Shown: positions 18,238 through 28,457 of the stretch, piece by piece
How positions within the stretch are numbered: position 1 is the stretch's first letter
How the letters are laid out: every line of letters starts with the position of its first letter
NCBI GenBank assembly: GCA_963664195.1
Contig: OY760907.1
Coordinates: forward strand, 352,001-416,000
DNA: 64,000 nucleotides
Source of the DNA: an uncultured candidate division Zixibacteria bacterium
GTDB lineage: Bacteria; Zixibacteria; MSB-5A5; GN15; FEB-12
Reading direction: 5' to 3'
Made by a program: the position numbers and the translations under genes
The notes under the pieces: model-generated
Told to the model about the DNA's origin: nothing
What the model saw: the letters and a program-made list of their open reading frames with translations, nothing else
Databases searched by the model: none

Positions 18238-20571
18238 ATGCAGGGGTTAGTTAGAGTAGTCTTTGTGGCCTTCCTGGCGATGGGAGTAGTCGCCAGCGAT
18301 CTGGTAGCCGGTGAGCTGGTCGCCAGTGAAACCGCCACCATCACGTTTTGCGAGGCCGATAAGGTCTCAATCGGACCGCCGGGACCCAGTCAATACTCTC
18401 TTGGTCCCCTGGATCAATCCGGCAAGCTGCGGTCAGAGAGCTATCTGATTGAGCTGGGCGATGACGAACAGGCATCCGCCGTGGTCGCCACCCCGCTCGA
18501 CCAAAGCAACGTGGGGTGCGCCCCGGGGTCTTTTTCGCTCCTGGACGACGTAACCTCCGAAAACGGCAGCTACGGTTTCCTCAAGGAACAGGCAGCTCAG
18601 TTTCCGGCGCTCGGCAGCCGCGTCGCTCACGTGGCCGGTGAAATCGTCATTGGTGACACCCGGTACGCCGAATTGCTGCTGTTCCCGGTCACTGCCGATG
18701 AACACGGCGCCCTCACACTCAACGAATCAGTGTCCATCTCGGTGGGTGAGCGAGAAATCGCCCCAAACGAGCTTCTCCCCCGTGAGTCAGTTTTTGCACG
18801 TGAGGCCGATGGCAAGTCGACTTCCCGGACCGCAGTCTTGTCCGGAGGCACCGACTACGTGATAATCACGGCGGCAAACCTTGTAGCGGCAGTCACACCT
18901 CTGGCAAACTACAAAAACGAAACCGGATTTGTCACGGAGATCAAGACCATCGAAGACATTCTCGCGACCTACAGCGGTCGAGACGACGCCGAGAGACTTC
19001 GTGAATACCTGAAAGACTTCCACGCCGATGGCGGCAAGTACGTACTTCTGGCCGGCGATGAAACCGTGCTTCCGATCCGGTACGCCTATTACATGTACAC
19101 CAACGGCACCCCTCCCCCGGCCAGCCTGCAGATCTGCGATTTATACTTCGCTGACTTGACCGGCGACTGGGATGTCGACAACGACGGTGTCTGGGGCGAA
19201 CGATACCACGATCAGGCAGACATTGTCCCGGAGATCAATGTCGGGCGGATCCCGTTCAACACCGCCGCGGAAATCAGCAGTTACACAAGCAAGCTAATTC
19301 AGTACGAAACCGCTCCGGGCGGCAGCAATCACTCGTACCTGACCAGATCGTTTTTCTTCTCCTCCGACCAGATGAGAGACTACAACGGAATCGGTCAGCA
19401 TACCATGATCGCCCGGGCGTACCCCGACTGGTTTGCCCTGGACACGGTAACAGGTGTCGAAGCCTCGCGGGGCGATGATCCGTTTCCGACCAACACACCG
19501 GCGCGAAACCTTCCGCCTGAATTCGAGCAGGGTTACGGAATCGTGAACGTGATCGCCCACGGTCGGTCCGACGGTTTTGTGGTTAAATCAGCAAACTTCA
19601 ACGAGTGGCCGAAGAGCTACTTGTTGTCCACCGACGCCGGCAGTGAACACGGCTGTTTTGATTCGTTGGCAGTGGCAGGACAGCCTTCGTTTTACTACTC
19701 GCTGGCCTGTGACAACGGTGCTTTTGATATGGATCAGGAACCGTTCAATCAGGAGAATCCGAACATGGTACAGAGCCTTCTGTCACAGGAAGGCGGTGCG
19801 GTGGGGTTCGTTGCCTACTCACGGTGGGGTTGGATCAGCTCAAGTCACGAACTGCAGGCACTGTTTTTTGATTCCCTGTTCGCCCATCCGGAACTTCCTG
19901 CGGTCGAGGCAATGTACGCCTCCAAACTTGAAAAGTACTACTTGCTGGATCTCGTCTACGGTCAGAATTACTACGGTGACCCCACGATGAAAGTCTACCG
20001 CAACATCCCGGATGACCTGGAGATCAGCACCTCACAGACGTCGGAGGGTGTTTCGTTGCTAGTCAGTATCGAGGGTTCACCGGTGCCGAATTGCACCGCC
20101 ACGCTCGCTCAGGACGGTAATCTTCTGGCGCAATACGTGACCGGCTCCGATGGCCGCGTTTTGATTGATTACGCTTTCGAGTCACAGTCCGAGTACACGC
20201 TGTCGGCCTCTCTCACCGGCACCACCGTGCAGCAGGAGAAACTGGTGACGGGCATTGTGGCCTCGGTCGAGGATGATCCGTCAGGGCTGCCTTCGAGTTT
20301 CGCTCTCAACCAGAATTACCCGAACCCGTTTAATCCGACGACTACGATTTCATTCGAGATACCCGTTCGCACCAGCGTGCAACTGACCGTATTCAACCTG
20401 CTCGGACAGAGTGTGGCAACGCTGGCTGAAGGCGACTACGCTGTCGGAACTCACGAGGTGGAATGGGACGGACATGACCGCGCGGGCGACCCGGCCGCAA
20501 GCGGCGTCTATTTCTATCGATTGGAAGCAGGAGGACAATCTGAAGTCAGGAAGATGATCCTGCTGAAGTAA
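18238..20571 (+). CDS. C25 (gingipain-like) cysteine peptidase with C-terminal T9SS/FlgD-type sorting domain
   Basis: Signal peptide; YVLLAGD, D.YFADL, VGRIP, catalytic-like AHG and LAC, GDP; C-terminal QNYPNPFNP...WDG...SGVYFYRL...KMILLK. Confidence 0.9.
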   Translation: MQGLVRVVFVAFLAMGVVASDLVAGELVASETATITFCEADKVSIGPPGPSQYSLGPLDQSGKLRSESYLIELGDDEQASAVVATPLDQSNVGCAPGSFSLLDDVTSENGSYGFLKEQAAQFPALGSRVAHVAGEIVIGDTRYAELLLFPVTADEHGALTLNESVSISVGEREIAPNELLPRESVFAREADGKSTSRTAVLSGGTDYVIITAANLVAAVTPLANYKNETGFVTEIKTIEDILATYSGRDDAERLREYLKDFHADGGKYVLLAGDETVLPIRYAYYMYTNGTPPPASLQICDLYFADLTGDWDVDNDGVWGERYHDQADIVPEINVGRIPFNTAAEISSYTSKLIQYETAPGGSNHSYLTRSFFFSSDQMRDYNGIGQHTMIARAYPDWFALDTVTGVEASRGDDPFPTNTPARNLPPEFEQGYGIVNVIAHGRSDGFVVKSANFNEWPKSYLLSTDAGSEHGCFDSLAVAGQPSFYYSLACDNGAFDMDQEPFNQENPNMVQSLLSQEGGAVGFVAYSRWGWISSSHELQALFFDSLFAHPELPAVEAMYASKLEKYYLLDLVYGQNYYGDPTMKVYRNIPDDLEISTSQTSEGVSLLVSIEGSPVPNCTATLAQDGNLLAQYVTGSDGRVLIDYAFESQSEYTLSASLTGTTVQQEKLVTGIVASVEDDPSGLPSSFALNQNYPNPFNPTTTISFEIPVRTSVQLTVFNLLGQSVATLAEGDYAVGTHEVEWDGHDRAGDPAASGVYFYRLEAGGQSEVRKMILLK

Positions 20572-21442
20572 AAAGTCGGCGCAAAAAACGCCCCCCAATC
20601 GACGGTACCAGCCCGATGAGCAACAGCAGCCCGCAGCCCCAGAGGCCGGGATAGCTGTACCATCGGGCGTACTTTTTTAGATAGCGATACATAGCAGAGT
20701 GCGAAATCAGCTTGATCTTGTAAGGCATTTTGCCGGTCGACGCTCCCACATAATGCTCAACCGTAACTTTCGGGTAGTACAGCCGTTTGTAGCCCGCCAG
20801 AGCGATTCGCTTGCACCAATCAACATCGTTAAAAAGAATGGGGAAGTCCTCGTCCATCAATCCGACCCTGTCGATCACTTTGCGGGGAATCAGCATCACC
20901 GCCCCCATGGGTTGATCAACTGGCATTTCGCTTTTATGATCAAACCAGCCCATACGCCAGTGTGCCAATTCGCGATGCTGTGGGAACATGCGATCCAGCA
21001 ACAACGCTCGATACAGAACATGGCGATAGGTTGGGAAAGCTCGGACTGACATCTGCGGGACACCATCAAAACCGACATACCCCGGTCCTATCATCCCGAC
21101 CGACTCGTCGGCCTTCAGGCGTTCAAGAAGCCCGGCAGTCACGCCTTTGCGGAAACGCAGGTCCTGATTCAAGATATACAAATGCTCACCGGAAGCGGCC
21201 TCAATCCCAATGTTGACCGCTTTGGCGAATCCGAGATTGCTGCCGTTTTCGACAAGCGTCGCATCGGGATAGTTCTTTTTCAGATATTCCAGGGAGCCGT
21301 CAGTCGATCCGTTGTCAACCAGTATCAATTCGGATCCGATTCCCTCGAGGTCTTTCGCGAGGGTGCCGAGGCAATCGGGAAGAAACTTCAATCCGTTCCA
21401 CACGATCACAATAGCCGAAAGAGTCGGTCGTTGCAGGCTCAC
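20546..21442 (-). CDS. Glycosyltransferase family 2 (WbbL-like)
   Basis: IVIVWN, VDNGSTDG, NLGFAKAVN, LNQD, DVDWC. Confidence 0.9.
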   Translation of the reverse strand: MSLQRPTLSAIVIVWNGLKFLPDCLGTLAKDLEGIGSELILVDNGSTDGSLEYLKKNYPDATLVENGSNLGFAKAVNIGIEAASGEHLYILNQDLRFRKGVTAGLLERLKADESVGMIGPGYVGFDGVPQMSVRAFPTYRHVLYRALLLDRMFPQHRELAHWRMGWFDHKSEMPVDQPMGAVMLIPRKVIDRVGLMDEDFPILFNDVDWCKRIALAGYKRLYYPKVTVEHYVGASTGKMPYKIKLISHSAMYRYLKKYARWYSYPGLWGCGLLLLIGLVPSIGGRFLRRLFTSAGSSS

Positions 21443-22689
21443 AAACTACCCTCCAGCACATCGGCGAACTTTCGTGCCAGCGCCAGCGAAGAAAATCGCT
21501 GCGCGTACTCGGACAATGGCTCGAACCTGTACTCGCTCTTCTGGAACAACGTCACCTGATGACGCAGCATTTCGACCGCACGGTCGATAGTGTCCGCTTG
21601 GAAACAGACGTTGCCCTCAATCGGTGCCAGCAATTCTGCCGGCTCGCTGTTTTCGGACGCAAATACCATGACGGGTCTTCCCGAGGCAATCAGATCAAAC
21701 GTCCGTCCCGGAAGAAAACCTGCACCCTCACGCGAAGATATCCCGAGATAAAACAGATGTGCCCTGGAAAGCGTTTCGGCAACAGCATGTCTCGACACCT
21801 GTCCGCACATGTCCAACTCCAAAGACAGATCGTGTTCTGTCAACAGACTCCGAAGCCAGTCTTCGTCGACCTGTCCGACCTGGAGAAGACGAAGCTTCGC
21901 GAATAGGTCAGGGTGCTTCCGGCGAAACAGGGACAAGACATTCAACAACGGTTCGATTTCGCGAGTATCGTGCAGATGTCCCAGCATGCCGACAGTGAAT
22001 GCGCTCTTGCTCGGCTCGTTTTTCCAGCCCTCTGCTAATTCAGCAATATACCCGTTGGTCAGAGTTTCACCACGCCCCAGATAGTCTGCAATCGACTGGT
22101 TGACGGCCGTAATCGCCGACGCCTCCGACGCGATTTGTTTCAGCAGCTTCTGCCCTTTCTCAACGAGTTTGGGATCATCGTAGGTGTCCTCGGCTTTGTA
22201 GATTGTCCAGAAATCCCGGAAGTCCGCCACCCACGGCAGCTTGAATTCACTCGCCAACTGCCTGCCTATGACATGCGACGTCATCGGCGGCGACGACGAG
22301 ATGATGGCATCGTAACAATTGTTCTCAATCAGAGTCCGACCGAGCCTGACGGCAGGTTTTGCCCAGCCGATCTTCGAATCCGGGAAGAACTTCTCAGACA
22401 CGGGACGGGTCTTACTGATAGTGCCGGATTTCACGTTTCGCATCCCCAGCAAATACAGAAGCCTCTGCGGGTCGCGTGAGCCGGAACGGTAGATGCGTGA
22501 CTGATCCAGACCTTCGAGCAACTCCGGCTCGTACGCCCGATAAAGCACCGGCTTGACTGTCAGAATGTCGCAGTCCCAGCCGTAACGCGGGAGATTCCTA
22601 AACAGGTTCAGCGGACGCCCAACTCCCCCCAGCCCGAGCGGCGGAAAATAATAGCAAATCAGTAGAGCTTTGTGTCTCGATCCGCTCAT
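21439..22689 (-). CDS. Glycosyltransferase family 4-like
   Basis: YYFPP..GG..R, SSPP, PWVADFRDFW, TNG, SGRPV. Confidence 0.85.
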   Translation of the reverse strand: MSGSRHKALLICYYFPPLGLGGVGRPLNLFRNLPRYGWDCDILTVKPVLYRAYEPELLEGLDQSRIYRSGSRDPQRLLYLLGMRNVKSGTISKTRPVSEKFFPDSKIGWAKPAVRLGRTLIENNCYDAIISSSPPMTSHVIGRQLASEFKLPWVADFRDFWTIYKAEDTYDDPKLVEKGQKLLKQIASEASAITAVNQSIADYLGRGETLTNGYIAELAEGWKNEPSKSAFTVGMLGHLHDTREIEPLLNVLSLFRRKHPDLFAKLRLLQVGQVDEDWLRSLLTEHDLSLELDMCGQVSRHAVAETLSRAHLFYLGISSREGAGFLPGRTFDLIASGRPVMVFASENSEPAELLAPIEGNVCFQADTIDRAVEMLRHQVTLFQKSEYRFEPLSEYAQRFSSLALARKFADVLEGSL

Positions 22690-23780
22690 TGTCTCTCCGC
22701 TGCGGCAAGAGACTTCATAATCTCAATCGTGCGCGCAACATTGTCCTCGAACAGAGCTTCCGCCCTGATTCTGGCGACATTGGCTTTTCGCATAGACAGG
22801 TGATTATTGCTGTCTTCCAACAACCCTTGAATCACCGTCTCAAGAGCGCCCGATCTGCCCGAGTCAAACAAGTAACCGTTGTCTTCGGTCAGCCACTCGC
22901 GCACACCGGGAATGTCAGCCGCAACCGGTATCAACCCCAGTCCCATAGCCTCAAGCATCGAGGCCGGCGAAGAGTCAGATTTCGCAGCCGACAGAAAAAC
23001 ATCATGCGAGGCCACAAACCCTGGAAAATCCTCTCTTGGCATCTTCCGGTAGAGCGTGATACCGTAGTCGATCAACTCACCCGCTTTCTCAACGAAGCTA
23101 GAGGCGTGGGCGCCCCACTCGGGGAATGATACGGCAATCTTCCCCTCTCTGATCAAGGGCGTCAATTCGCGAAGGATCAGCTCGTTGTTGTAAACATCGA
23201 GATGCGGTCGCGGGACGATAATCTTGAGCGGGACCGACAGTTTTTTATCCTCTACGTTAGCGAGCACAAACTGTTTTTCGATCCCCCAGGGGATGACACT
23301 TTTCGCTCTCAATTGTCCGAGTTTGGAAGCCTCTTGAATCAGGTATTCCGAATCGCCAATCACATGATCGGCACTGTGGAGGGCGAACGCGGTCTTGCGC
23401 CTATGCAGAAGTGATTTCTTCGGCACCAGCAGAATGTCCGATCCCCACAAATGCAAAAGCACCGGCACCTGTCGTCCCGATACCGCCAGCGCCGCAGCAA
23501 ACCCGTATCCCGAAGCGAAGTGCGGATTGACGATGTGTGGTTTATACTCGCGAATCAGCGCTTTGATTTCTGTCGCCGACATAGCGTAATGCAGAAACCC
23601 GAATGGCCCCCGTTTCCGGAGCCGGAAATGAAGCATCTTTCCCCGTTCAAGCGATGCCAACAACACGTGGCAGCCCTGCCGCAGGAGTTCGGTCACATAC
23701 CTCTCGGTATGGAACGCCCGACTGTCGGCGAGAACCAGCACCCTGAATCTGTCGGTACTCAGACCAGTTTGCCCAGCCAT
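22686..23780 (-). CDS. Glycosyltransferase family 4
   Basis: HFASGYG, WGSD, SMLEAMGLG...DIPG..E GT-B motif. Confidence 0.85.
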   Translation of the reverse strand: MAGQTGLSTDRFRVLVLADSRAFHTERYVTELLRQGCHVLLASLERGKMLHFRLRKRGPFGFLHYAMSATEIKALIREYKPHIVNPHFASGYGFAAALAVSGRQVPVLLHLWGSDILLVPKKSLLHRRKTAFALHSADHVIGDSEYLIQEASKLGQLRAKSVIPWGIEKQFVLANVEDKKLSVPLKIIVPRPHLDVYNNELILRELTPLIREGKIAVSFPEWGAHASSFVEKAGELIDYGITLYRKMPREDFPGFVASHDVFLSAAKSDSSPASMLEAMGLGLIPVAADIPGVREWLTEDNGYLFDSGRSGALETVIQGLLEDSNNHLSMRKANVARIRAEALFEDNVARTIEIMKSLAAAERQ

Positions 23781-24682
23781 GATTTCCTCTGCAAACAGGT
23801 GTACTTGTGCGACTCTCCGCCCCACTTCTGCTTGTAGTCACTTAGTGTTCCGGCCTCGGGCGGCGATGCCCCGAGATTGAGATACCGAATACCCTGAGCG
23901 GCATATTCCCGAGCCATCGAATAGAGCACGAACTGGTTGGCTTTGAGAAACGAGAACTTCTTATCAAAATAGACTTGCCAGTTTATTATCTGCTCGGCGT
24001 CGATAAGGAATATGTGCGAAGTCGCCAACACTCCCTCATGTTCCACCACCACCCACCGAGCGCGCGAGTCGCGTTCTGCGAGTTCAGCAAGGCGACGGAA
24101 GAATTCCTCCGAGTATTTCGGTTCTCGTCCGTGGCGTTTCTCGGTTGCCTCCATGAGGCTCGTAAACGACTCAAAGTGACGCGCCGGGTCAAACGGCAAG
24201 GGTACTACACCCTCGCGCTCCGCCTTACGAATCTCCGACTGCAGCTTTTTGTCCGGCGGCAGCCAGTCAGACTGCGAAATATCCACCAGACCGGTCTCGC
24301 ACTCGACCGACTCAAATCCGGCGGCATCAACAAAGGATCCGTAGTAATCCGTCAGATACAGCTTCAGATATCCTGCCCCTTCCAGGCCCTCCAAAAGGGA
24401 GTGCGAAACTTCGCCGACGTCCGCCGCGTCATCGAATACAACCAATCGGCTGTACAACCCGTCCGGCATAGACTGGAACCGCCGCGAGGGCTTTCGTCCA
24501 AATTCAACACCGGTCAGAACTGCAGTCGGCGATGATTTCTCACCGGCAATCCAGTAGACATCCGAACCACCCTGGGCGGTCCACAGACGGGCGAATTCGG
24601 GCGAGGAAAACAAGGACGCCTCACGAAGGCGTATTGCTATGTCGTCGGGAAGCTCAAAACCTGATAATCTGGAGCCGTTCAT
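23759..24682 (-). CDS. GNAT/FemAB-like acyltransferase
   Basis: EIRKAEREGV, YSEEFF, YLNLGAS...YKQKWG pattern of polysaccharide-locus FemAB-like proteins. Confidence 0.75.
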   Translation of the reverse strand: MNGSRLSGFELPDDIAIRLREASLFSSPEFARLWTAQGGSDVYWIAGEKSSPTAVLTGVEFGRKPSRRFQSMPDGLYSRLVVFDDAADVGEVSHSLLEGLEGAGYLKLYLTDYYGSFVDAAGFESVECETGLVDISQSDWLPPDKKLQSEIRKAEREGVVPLPFDPARHFESFTSLMEATEKRHGREPKYSEEFFRRLAELAERDSRARWVVVEHEGVLATSHIFLIDAEQIINWQVYFDKKFSFLKANQFVLYSMAREYAAQGIRYLNLGASPPEAGTLSDYKQKWGGESHKYTCLQRKSWLGKLV

Positions 24683-26862
24683 CAGTCGCGAACCAGCAGT
24701 ATTTTGCCTCGTCCGACATTACCGTCTTCGTCATTCAGCACGAAGAGGTAAACTCCGGAGGCGACTCTTTCCCCCTGTTGATTGCGGCCGTCCCAAACCG
24801 GCTCCGACTTTTCAATGATGAGTTCACCGGCAACCGTGAAAATGCGAAGATCAGCTTTTCGAGCGAAATTGAAATTCAACAAGTCGTCGTCAGAGGTCAC
24901 CACATACGGATTAGGGAAGGCATACACGGAATCAATGTCGTCGGTGGGACGTCCAATGGTCGATCCAATCACTGACAAACCGCCCGGAGTAGAAATGTAC
25001 ATGTCGCCTGAAAGTCCGTCAAACGTGATGTTGGTGATCTCTTCGTTGACCAGACCGCTATTCCGGGTGGTGAAGATGGTCAGCGTCCCGCTGACTTCCT
25101 CGTATCTTGCAAGTCCGTTGACGGCACCAATCCAGACATTGTCCCGACTGTCGAATTCCAGAGCCTTGATATCGGGCCCGAATCCTTCTCTCAGGTCGAA
25201 TCCGACAAAACGGTCGATTCCCGTATCATAGCGGGCAACTCCGGAGTTTGTCGCAATCCAGAGCACTCCCTCGTTGTTGAATTTCACGGCCCGCACCGAA
25301 TTGGACATTATGCGACGAAAATAGTTGGAGGAATTGTCCTGATAGTGGATGACAGAGTCAACTCCGTTCCTCACCGGATCGACGTCAAGATAGCAGAGAT
25401 ACAGGCCTCCGTCGGTCGCCACTGCAAGACGGCCATCGTTGTAGTCCAGTCCGACAACCATGGGATCGGAGATGATACCGGCACCGAGATATGTCCAACC
25501 GGAAGGCTCGTCCAGCCGGTTTATATCCCCGATAGCGACCCGGCAATCGTACCCGCTCTCGAAGACCGACGCGAATATCAGGTTGTCTCCCGTGGCAATA
25601 CCCGGGCAGGCTATGTACGAGACGGACCCCGACACACCACGCAAACTGGAATTCTGATCGTTGTACGTGGCAATCGTATCCCCCACGCGAGAGATGCCCG
25701 CCCCCCAGGTGCCGACCCAGTTCCAACCCTGATCATCTATCGCAAGGCGGGTACCCCGGGACGAAATGGGAACCGGGCGAGGTTCCCATTGTCCGCTGCG
25801 CAGCTCATACGGCCCTTGAGTCCTGAATAACACGGTTACCAGGCCGTTCGGATCGATTGAGACATCGCTGACATTGTTGGCCGGCAGACCGGTGTACTCG
25901 TAGTCCGCCCATTCAGCACCATCGCCGGAAAACAACCGATTATCGGCAGTAGCAACCCAGCGCTCACCGGCGCGAATTGTCCCGGTCATCACCGAGAACG
26001 GCAGCCCTGACAGCCCCAGCGAAGACGCGGTACCGTCCTTTATGAACCCGATTCCAGCATCGGTATATATGAACAATGTATCGTGGTCGACCTTCAAATC
26101 ACGAATGTAGCGATCCGGCGCGTACGAAAGCTTCACCAGCGTATCCTGCGCCATGTCCAGTCGGTACACGCCTTCAGCCGTGCCGACGTATATCTGGGAT
26201 TCGAATCGGACTACCGACGACATGACGTTGCTGCCGAGTTCATCGTACTCTGCCTTGGAATAGGTTTGCCAGCTCGCCGGTGCATTCAGGCTGTTGGGAA
26301 CCGACTTATCTGAGATCGCGAGACCGTCGGAGGTTGCCAACAGAATCGTGTCGCCAACCAGCTCGATATCATACACGTCGGGCGATGGATTCAGGTTTCC
26401 AAACAACTGATAATCGTCCTTGATCAGTCCGTTATCCACAGCTTTGGAAAAGAGAATCAGTCCGATTGACGTTCCTACCCAGAGGAACTCACCGTCATCC
26501 TCAAGCGTGAACAGCGAAAGCAACTCATCATTGTCCGCGAAGAGATAGCGGGTTGAGACTGCACCGTTGAACCTGACCAGTCGACCGAGTCCGGTCACCC
26601 ATTTCTGACCGTCGGCGGCCTCAATAATGTCAGTGATATCGTTGGTGCCAAGCCCGCTTAAATTCGTATACGGAACGCCGGGCGCGTCAGCATCGCCTAT
26701 GGCCAGCAGACCGCCCGAAGTTGCGGCATATACGGTGTCATTGATAACGCGCATATTCCGCACTTCACCAAAAGAGGTCCAGCTAGTCCAGTCTTGCGCA
26801 TGAACGGTTGAGCCGACAAGCAAAATCGCGATGAACGCCCGGATCACTCCGGATCGAATCAG
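24682..26862 (-). CDS. PorZ-like beta-propeller protein with C-terminal sorting domain
   Basis: Repeated W(V/I)(G/A)T.GL propeller blades; C-terminal VYAFPNP...WDGRNQQGERVASGVY. Start uncertain (ATG 26901, CTG 26862 or GTG 26847). Confidence 0.75.
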   Translation of the reverse strand: MIRSGVIRAFIAILLVGSTVHAQDWTSWTSFGEVRNMRVINDTVYAATSGGLLAIGDADAPGVPYTNLSGLGTNDITDIIEAADGQKWVTGLGRLVRFNGAVSTRYLFADNDELLSLFTLEDDGEFLWVGTSIGLILFSKAVDNGLIKDDYQLFGNLNPSPDVYDIELVGDTILLATSDGLAISDKSVPNSLNAPASWQTYSKAEYDELGSNVMSSVVRFESQIYVGTAEGVYRLDMAQDTLVKLSYAPDRYIRDLKVDHDTLFIYTDAGIGFIKDGTASSLGLSGLPFSVMTGTIRAGERWVATADNRLFSGDGAEWADYEYTGLPANNVSDVSIDPNGLVTVLFRTQGPYELRSGQWEPRPVPISSRGTRLAIDDQGWNWVGTWGAGISRVGDTIATYNDQNSSLRGVSGSVSYIACPGIATGDNLIFASVFESGYDCRVAIGDINRLDEPSGWTYLGAGIISDPMVVGLDYNDGRLAVATDGGLYLCYLDVDPVRNGVDSVIHYQDNSSNYFRRIMSNSVRAVKFNNEGVLWIATNSGVARYDTGIDRFVGFDLREGFGPDIKALEFDSRDNVWIGAVNGLARYEEVSGTLTIFTTRNSGLVNEEITNITFDGLSGDMYISTPGGLSVIGSTIGRPTDDIDSVYAFPNPYVVTSDDDLLNFNFARKADLRIFTVAGELIIEKSEPVWDGRNQQGERVASGVYLFVLNDEDGNVGRGKILLVRD

Positions 26863-28457
26863 ACGGATCGCCTCGACGGCTGTATCTTCTGAATAAGCCA
26901 TATTAGCATCAATATACAGATCAGGCTCACGGTAATCAAGAAAGAGGCCAGCCCGATCACGTCACCGTGGCGAGTGAAAAACGAAAACTCCTCAACTGCA
27001 CGCACCCTGCCGGTCAGGGCAGCGGCCGTATCCACCGGCAGCGATTCCCGAATTCGCCCGTAATCATCGACGAAATAGCTCAATCCGCTGTTTGCCGCGC
27101 GGACTCCCCAACTCCGGTTCTCTACCGCCCGGGTGACAAATATCCGGTCATGCATGTGGACGCCAAGCGTGTGCTCAAACCAGGTATCATTTGTTATACC
27201 AACCAGGAAGCCGGCGCCATCAAGAATCATCTTTCTCGAAAACTCCGGAAAGGTCGATTCAAAACAAATCAATATGCCAAATCGCCCGCCGGGGATGTCA
27301 AAGATCGTAGTCACTTCACCGGGGCGAAAATCTGACCACCACTGGACGTCGAAAGTCTCGATGAAAGTTAAGTACTTCGTCAGGAATTCTCGACGCAGAA
27401 ACGGCAGATGATCCTGATACGGCACCTGCTCGGTGAACGGCACCAGCTTGACTTTGTCGTGCCTCGGTCCGAGCACCCCCTCGGGAGTAAAGAGATAAGA
27501 GGAGTTGAAGTGCTTTTGAGTCTCGCCGGACAGATCGGCTCCCAGCGCCCCCACCAGGTGATACCCGCCGGTTTTGCGGGCAGTGTTACCAATCATGAGC
27601 CGATGACGATAGTCATGCGACAAATAGCTCGGGGCGGAGGTCTCCGGCCAGACGTATAGAACTACATTGGTATCGTCGACCGTCTGTGCCAGGGAATCAT
27701 ACAGGTTAAAACTGAAGTCTTCGTTGCCGTCCATCCACTTGTCTTCGATCGGCACTGACCCCTGCAGCACGGCAATGTCAATCTTGCCGGGTAGAGGGAT
27801 CGGCGGCATGACTATCCAGCCATAAGCCGTCAGGGCAATAATTATCGCAAACCCGGACAGCGCGGCAGTCATCCTTCGTGCAGGTTCGACGTTGCTTCTC
27901 AACACCTGCCAGAAAAGCAGGTTGACGGACACGATCAAAAACGAAAGGCCGTGCACCGAAGTAATCGATACGAACTGGAGAATGTACGAGTAATACGCCT
28001 GCGTGTACCCGAGGTCTGACCAGGGAAATGCAAACTGGGTCAACGTGCGAAAATACTCCATCCCCACCCAGAGAAACGGCACAGCAACGATGCCGTAGAT
28101 TTTTCTCAGCCTGTACAGCTTGCCAAACAGTGTCAGAACGGCTGTGTAGTAGAACGCCACGATCGCAACGGCCGCGAAAAACCCTCCCGGTGTCACCAGA
28201 TTCAACCAGTAGAGCGAAAAAGCATTGAAGAAGAATCCGAAGAAATACGCGGCACCGAATGCCTCACGAGCCTTCAGTCGAGATAGAATCATCAAAGGCC
28301 GGACCAGAGCGATCCAGGCGAGGAAACCAAAATAGTCGGGACAAAAGGCAAGTGACAACAGGAACGACCAGATCGTCAGTTCCAGCCGTCGTTTGCGTAT
28401 CTCAAGACTGGCAGGAAAAACAAGAGCAACGAGTTTTTTGAGAAAGCTCTGCAGCAG
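26859..28457 (-). CDS. lnt: Apolipoprotein N-acyltransferase (apparent CTG start)
   Basis: FPW..LGY.Q, WPET, KVKLVPF.E, ICFES, TNDTWF, RAVE, ANSGLS. The first TM begins upstream of the first canonical start (TTG 28358). Confidence 0.92.
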   Translation of the reverse strand: MLQSFLKKLVALVFPASLEIRKRRLELTIWSFLLSLAFCPDYFGFLAWIALVRPLMILSRLKAREAFGAAYFFGFFFNAFSLYWLNLVTPGGFFAAVAIVAFYYTAVLTLFGKLYRLRKIYGIVAVPFLWVGMEYFRTLTQFAFPWSDLGYTQAYYSYILQFVSITSVHGLSFLIVSVNLLFWQVLRSNVEPARRMTAALSGFAIIIALTAYGWIVMPPIPLPGKIDIAVLQGSVPIEDKWMDGNEDFSFNLYDSLAQTVDDTNVVLYVWPETSAPSYLSHDYRHRLMIGNTARKTGGYHLVGALGADLSGETQKHFNSSYLFTPEGVLGPRHDKVKLVPFTEQVPYQDHLPFLRREFLTKYLTFIETFDVQWWSDFRPGEVTTIFDIPGGRFGILICFESTFPEFSRKMILDGAGFLVGITNDTWFEHTLGVHMHDRIFVTRAVENRSWGVRAANSGLSYFVDDYGRIRESLPVDTAAALTGRVRAVEEFSFFTRHGDVIGLASFLITVSLICILMLIWLIQKIQPSRRSV

